DNA of 56,941 nucleotides, filler included, from Basidiobolus ranarum (Eukaryota): NCBI GenBank assembly GCA_040143965.1. It is 3 parts of 3 records of this genome, joined end to end, with 100 filler letters (N's around TTAATTAATTAA, not from the genome) between each part and the next. Parts side by side here need not be neighbours in the genome. Positions count along the whole stretch, not along the records: positions 38,082 to 56,941 come from JASJQH010007141.1; 2 more parts are not named here. One strand, 5' to 3'. Shown piece by piece: positions 52,563 to 56,941 of this stretch (position 1 is its first letter; each line of letters starts with the position of its first letter). The notes under the pieces were generated by a model. It saw only the letters and a program-made list of their open reading frames with translations, ran no database searches and was not told where the DNA came from. The position numbers and the translations under genes were made by a program.

Positions 52563-54522
52563 ATGAATAAGATTCCAACAAAGTTTTACGATAAGATAAA
52601 ATACTTCGCCACCTTCCCTCAAACAGGTGTGTCACTTCGACAGATGGTGGAGTTTGGTCAGTAGTTTTGTTTACAAAATGAGAACACCATGCGTTACTAA
52701 AATTGGCCCGTAAGCTAATGGTTTTTAATAGGCCAGAAACCTTCACAAGGAACTCTCTTAAGAGCTAGTCAATTTTTGATGGGTATGTTTTTTTATCAAG
52801 ATCTGCTGCAACCTTTTATATACTAACAACATAAAACTATTGAAGAGGAACTTCCCATCCGTCTTGCTCATCGTGTTGTTGAACTTGAGAACCTCCCTCA
52901 TGGTCTTAGTTTAATGCCTTCAGTTATAAAGGTCAAAAATTGGTATGCCGATTCATTCCATGTAAGTCAATTTCCACTATATTCTTTATGGTTAATTGAA
53001 AAATAACACTCTGAATTTCAAGGATTTGACAAGTTTCCCTAGACCAGAATTACCGCAGGATGTAAAAAACAAATTAAAGGCTACTCTACGCCCTAATGGT
53101 CATGCGATTGAATTACCCAACTCCTCCAAGAATCCGGATGTTGAAAACGGAAAAAATTCTGTCCCCTTACCCCACAGGTATCTAGTCATTTATTAAAAGT
53201 AAATCCACCTGAATACTTCTAACTTCACCGCAATAATACAGATATTATACCTCAGTGGAGGATATTGAATTTCCTCCCGAAATCGTGGAATACAATGATG
53301 CTTTTTGTCGTCTTATTGAAGGTGTTAAAAGAAGACATGATCCTGTTGTAACGACAATTGTAAGTCTTAACTACTGATGAGCCCAATTCATCCCAGTCTA
53401 ACTGCTTATTTCCTCACAGGGTACGTATTGTCGTATAAAGATGCCGTGATATAGGAATCCATTTTAAAACCACAATATTATCATAAGCAAACGGTATTTT
53501 GGAGTTTAAGAATACACGTAGATCTGGCCATGACGATATCGACGTACAATCTTTTTTGGATCGCTTCTACATGTCACGCATTGGAATTCGTATGCTAATA
53601 GGTAAGTAGTATTATGGGCTTGAAATTTATCCAAGCAATGAAAGGCTAAAGTAGTAAATGCAAAGGGCAACATATTGCGCTTCAAAAGGGACCACACAAC
53701 TCCGACCATGTTGGCATTATATGTACGAAAACAAATCTAGCTGAAGTCACGCAAGAAGCCATTGATAATGCCAAATTTATCTGTGAGGACTACTATGGTT
53801 TGTTTAGGGCACCTGAAGTGAAGCTTATTTGTCAAGATGATTTGGAGTTTATGTATGTTCCAAGTCACTTGCATCACATGCTGTTTGAGTTATTGAAGAA
53901 CAGCTTGAGAGCTGTAGTGGAAACCTATGGACCCGACCCCGATGATGCTTACCCACCTATCAAGATTATTGTTGCAGAAGGAAAAGAGGTTTGAAGTACT
54001 TGCATTTTTTGCACCAATGTTCCTAATTGACAACTCTATTCTAAAAAAGGATATTACCATCAAAGTGTCAGATGAAGGTGGTGGTATTCCCCGAAGTGGT
54101 TTACCTAGAGTTTGGACTTACATGTGAGCTCTAATACGAACATCGGTATTACGCAATCTCTTCTTACGAGTCTCTATTTATAGGTACACCACGGCTTCAA
54201 CTCCTTCTTTGGATCCAGATTTCAACCGCAGTGATTTTAAGGCCCCGCTCGCTGGGTTTGGATATGGATTACCATTGAGTCGTTTGGTAGGATAGTGTCT
54301 TTCTTAACAAGCAAAGGAATAACCAATTAACTGTACGTTCTCATTGATAGTATGCCAGATACTTTGGTGGTGATTTGAAGATAATCTCTATGGAAGGGTA
54401 ATTCTAAGTGCATTGCTATTTCCGGGAGATAGACTAATCTTTATTGGATTTTGAATAGATATGGAACTGATGCCTATCTTCATCTATCCCGTCTTAGTGA
54501 TAGTGAGGAGCCTCTGCCCTAA
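52563..54522 (+). CDS. PDK: Pyruvate dehydrogenase kinase (mitochondrial GHKL kinase), 12 exons including a 1-nt exon
   Basis: FPQTGVSLRQMVEFG, EELPIRLAHRV, FLDRFYMSRIGIRMLIGQH, LFELLKNSLRA, ISDEGGG-like [35 protein letters not shown]. Confidence 0.96.
53420..53420 (+). other. Predicted single-nucleotide exon (G) of PDK
   Basis: cacag|G|gtacgt lies between two canonical introns (53360-53419 and 53421-53487) and is required for the reading frame. Confidence 0.82.
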
Positions 54523-55080
54523 GCTTGCTTTTGGCCGATTTGTATCCAAGAAGGGCCATGCATACCCACGTATACACATGGGTTTCTCAACATCTGCATT
54601 CCGAGTGCCTTTGGAGTACAGTCTTATTCAGAGAGCATAGGAAATCACATATGTAATCGTTTGCTAGGATTAAAGTTGCACCCAAGTTTGGTCGAATTTT
54701 CAGTTTCATAAATGTAATATAATCCGAGTTTGTTTCCTTTGCACCTAGATATTGTGTTTTACATGAGCTGTCCAATCAAGACATTTTCAACTAATTAATA
54801 GATTCGTTGGGATTTGGATCATACTGACGACAGATACGTAAATAACGTGAATGAAAATTGATTTTTACTTGTTGGATGGAATCCTTTGGAAGACTGTGTT
54901 GTTTAAATTCTTAAAAGATCTGACTTATTTAACATTAGAAGAAATTCCATTACCTGGATGTACTTGTGATTGGTTCGCTTGATTAGACCGGAGTGGTATC
55001 GGGGAAAAAATTGTGAAAAAGTGCAGGTATTTGTATGGGCCGTAGTGTAGACCCTTCTTTAATACTAAATACCAAAGACA

Positions 55081-56941
55081 ATGTCCAGTGAAGAGTGGAC
55101 CGAAGTAACTTCTAAAAACGTAAGCCGCAACAATGAAGCGTTAGCTGCTCATGTTTCTCCCCGGAAGACCATGAAAAAGAAAAGTTTAAAACTACGCCCA
55201 AAGATTTCAGGCGAGGGAGGTTCCTATACTACTGGTAAATCTCGCGGAGAATCACAAAGACAAAGACAGGAGAAAAAACCTAAGCAAAATAAACCAACCG
55301 ACTCGAGCAATAAAAATCGCAAGGAATCGGATAAAGCTGTAGTTCCTAACGAGCAGCCAAGGACTAGACAACGTTCTAATTCCGAAGCTTCTATTTCTTC
55401 CATCAAATCGGATTCCTCCGTTGAGGAAGAAGCTCCTGCCATCCAGCCTCATATCCTTATTCTTTGCCCTTTCAGCGATTGTCCAGACGAAACCAACCCT
55501 TTTACTGACCCTTCAACTCTGAAGAATCATCTTAAAGACCAGCACAAACTTGTATTCCGTCATCTTACTCATATGTACATTGCTCTAGAGAAGTATCTTA
55601 CTTTCTGGGCCAAAAAGACCGAAAAAGATGGCCTTGAGGCCTATGCAAAAGTGGAGGCCACCGAAGGTGAGCTTTTCTTGATCCTCAAATTAACCGATGC
55701 GTACTAACAATTGGCCTTTCTAGAAGGAGATGTGTATACCATTGATCCCGCTAGCTCTCAGATCGACAAAGAACTCCGTGATGAATTGCAGCGCGAGAAG
55801 CTGGTATGTTGCTCATTTGATATGGAACCTGTACCTCGTCATAACAATTTTCTATTTTGATGTGAAAAGAATGAGATTCTCAGAATACAAGACAAGGAGC
55901 GACATGAGGATTGTTTGAAGTCTCGTAAATGTCTTTTCTGTAAGAATGTTTGTGATAACAGGTATGATGGTTGGAGGTAATGATCAGTTGTTTGTTGCTA
56001 CAATGACTAACCCATTTATTTTCCTAGACCCGTATTATTTAAGCACATGTTTAGCGAACATAACTTCAACATCGGTCTTCCTGACAACCTTGTGGATGTC
56101 GACGAATTCCTCGATATTCTTGAGGGAAAACTAAATCAGTAAGAATAGGTGTCTTTTTTTTCTTTCAACTGATGTCTGATCTAAGCTTATTGTAGGCTTC
56201 AATGTCTTTACTGCGAGAAGATTTTCACTTCCCCCGCTGTTCTTCGTAAACATATGCGCAAGAAGAAGCATTTCAAGATCAGTGCTCGTAATAGAATGTA
56301 CGATCGCTTCTACGTGATCAATTACCTAGAGCCTGGCAAAAACTGGGAAACTTTTGAACACGAGAAGTATGACAGTGATGAGGATCGCCGTGATGATTCA
56401 TGGGCTGACTGGGATGAACAGGATCCTGAGGAGACCATGTGTCTCTTTGATGATTATGTAGCATCCACCCCCAAGGAGATTTGTGACCATATGATCCAGT
56501 CTCATGGGTTTGATCTCAAGGGAATCCAAGAAGAATACCGTAGGGTTCAGTTTGATTATTTAAATATCATTGTAAAGAAGCTAAATAGGACCAACTTTTT
56601 TAGATCTTGACTTCTACAAGACCATCACTCTCATCAACTATATTCGCCACAAGACCTCCAACAATATTTGTATGGGATGCGATGCCAGTTTTGAGACTTT
56701 AAAGGAGATGACCGAGCATATGGAACAGAACAACTGCTTTAAAAAAGTACCCGCTCTTGATAGTGAAGTCTGGAAAGATCCCCAGTTAGTATGTTTGGAT
56801 TAGTTTCTTACATGGTAGTATGTCTAATTTCATTTCATTAGGTATCTCTTCCCCACATATGAGAACGATCCGCTCCTTACCGGGATCGAAGACTCTGATG
56901 AGTTCGATGATAGCGATGAGGTGGTGCGGCAATCGCTCTCC
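55081..56941 (+). CDS. ZNF277-like C2H2 zinc-finger protein, multi-exon, runs off the window
   Basis: KCLFC...HMFSEHNFNIGLPDNLV, LQCLYCEKIF...LRKHMRKKKH, YDRFYVINYLEPGKNW, YLFPTYENDPLL. Confidence 0.88.

Overview
Intron-rich, AT-rich eukaryotic genomic DNA from an early-diverging fungus. Zoopagomycota/Mucoromycota is an inference from the FKS glucan synthase, secreted tyrosinase, 7TM-RGS protein, animal-like RSPRY1/ZNF277 genes and a minor-spliceosome intron. There are about 22 protein-coding genes, mostly housekeeping: FKS, RNA14, RPS12, ETF-QO, GH47 mannosidase, EMG1, rhomboid, mitochondrial carrier, EngB GTPase, PIK1, Rdx/SelW-like, GPCR, ZW10, RSPRY1-like, PDK and ZNF277-like. Two artificial 100-nt N/TTAATTAATTAA linkers split the window into three contigs. 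I walked the exon-intron junctions by eye, and the best signals are in RNA processing: (1) an AT-AC U12-type intron in PIK1 (34465-34550); (2) an apparently obligatory single-nucleotide exon in PDK (53420); (3) an outlier-length first intron of RNA14 with AATAAA and U-rich tracts, a candidate autoregulatory intronic poly(A) site. A small KEN-box protein lies downstream of clustered MCB-like elements. No tRNA, rRNA, CRISPR or transposon is supported. Multi-exon CDS coordinates are start-to-stop spans.
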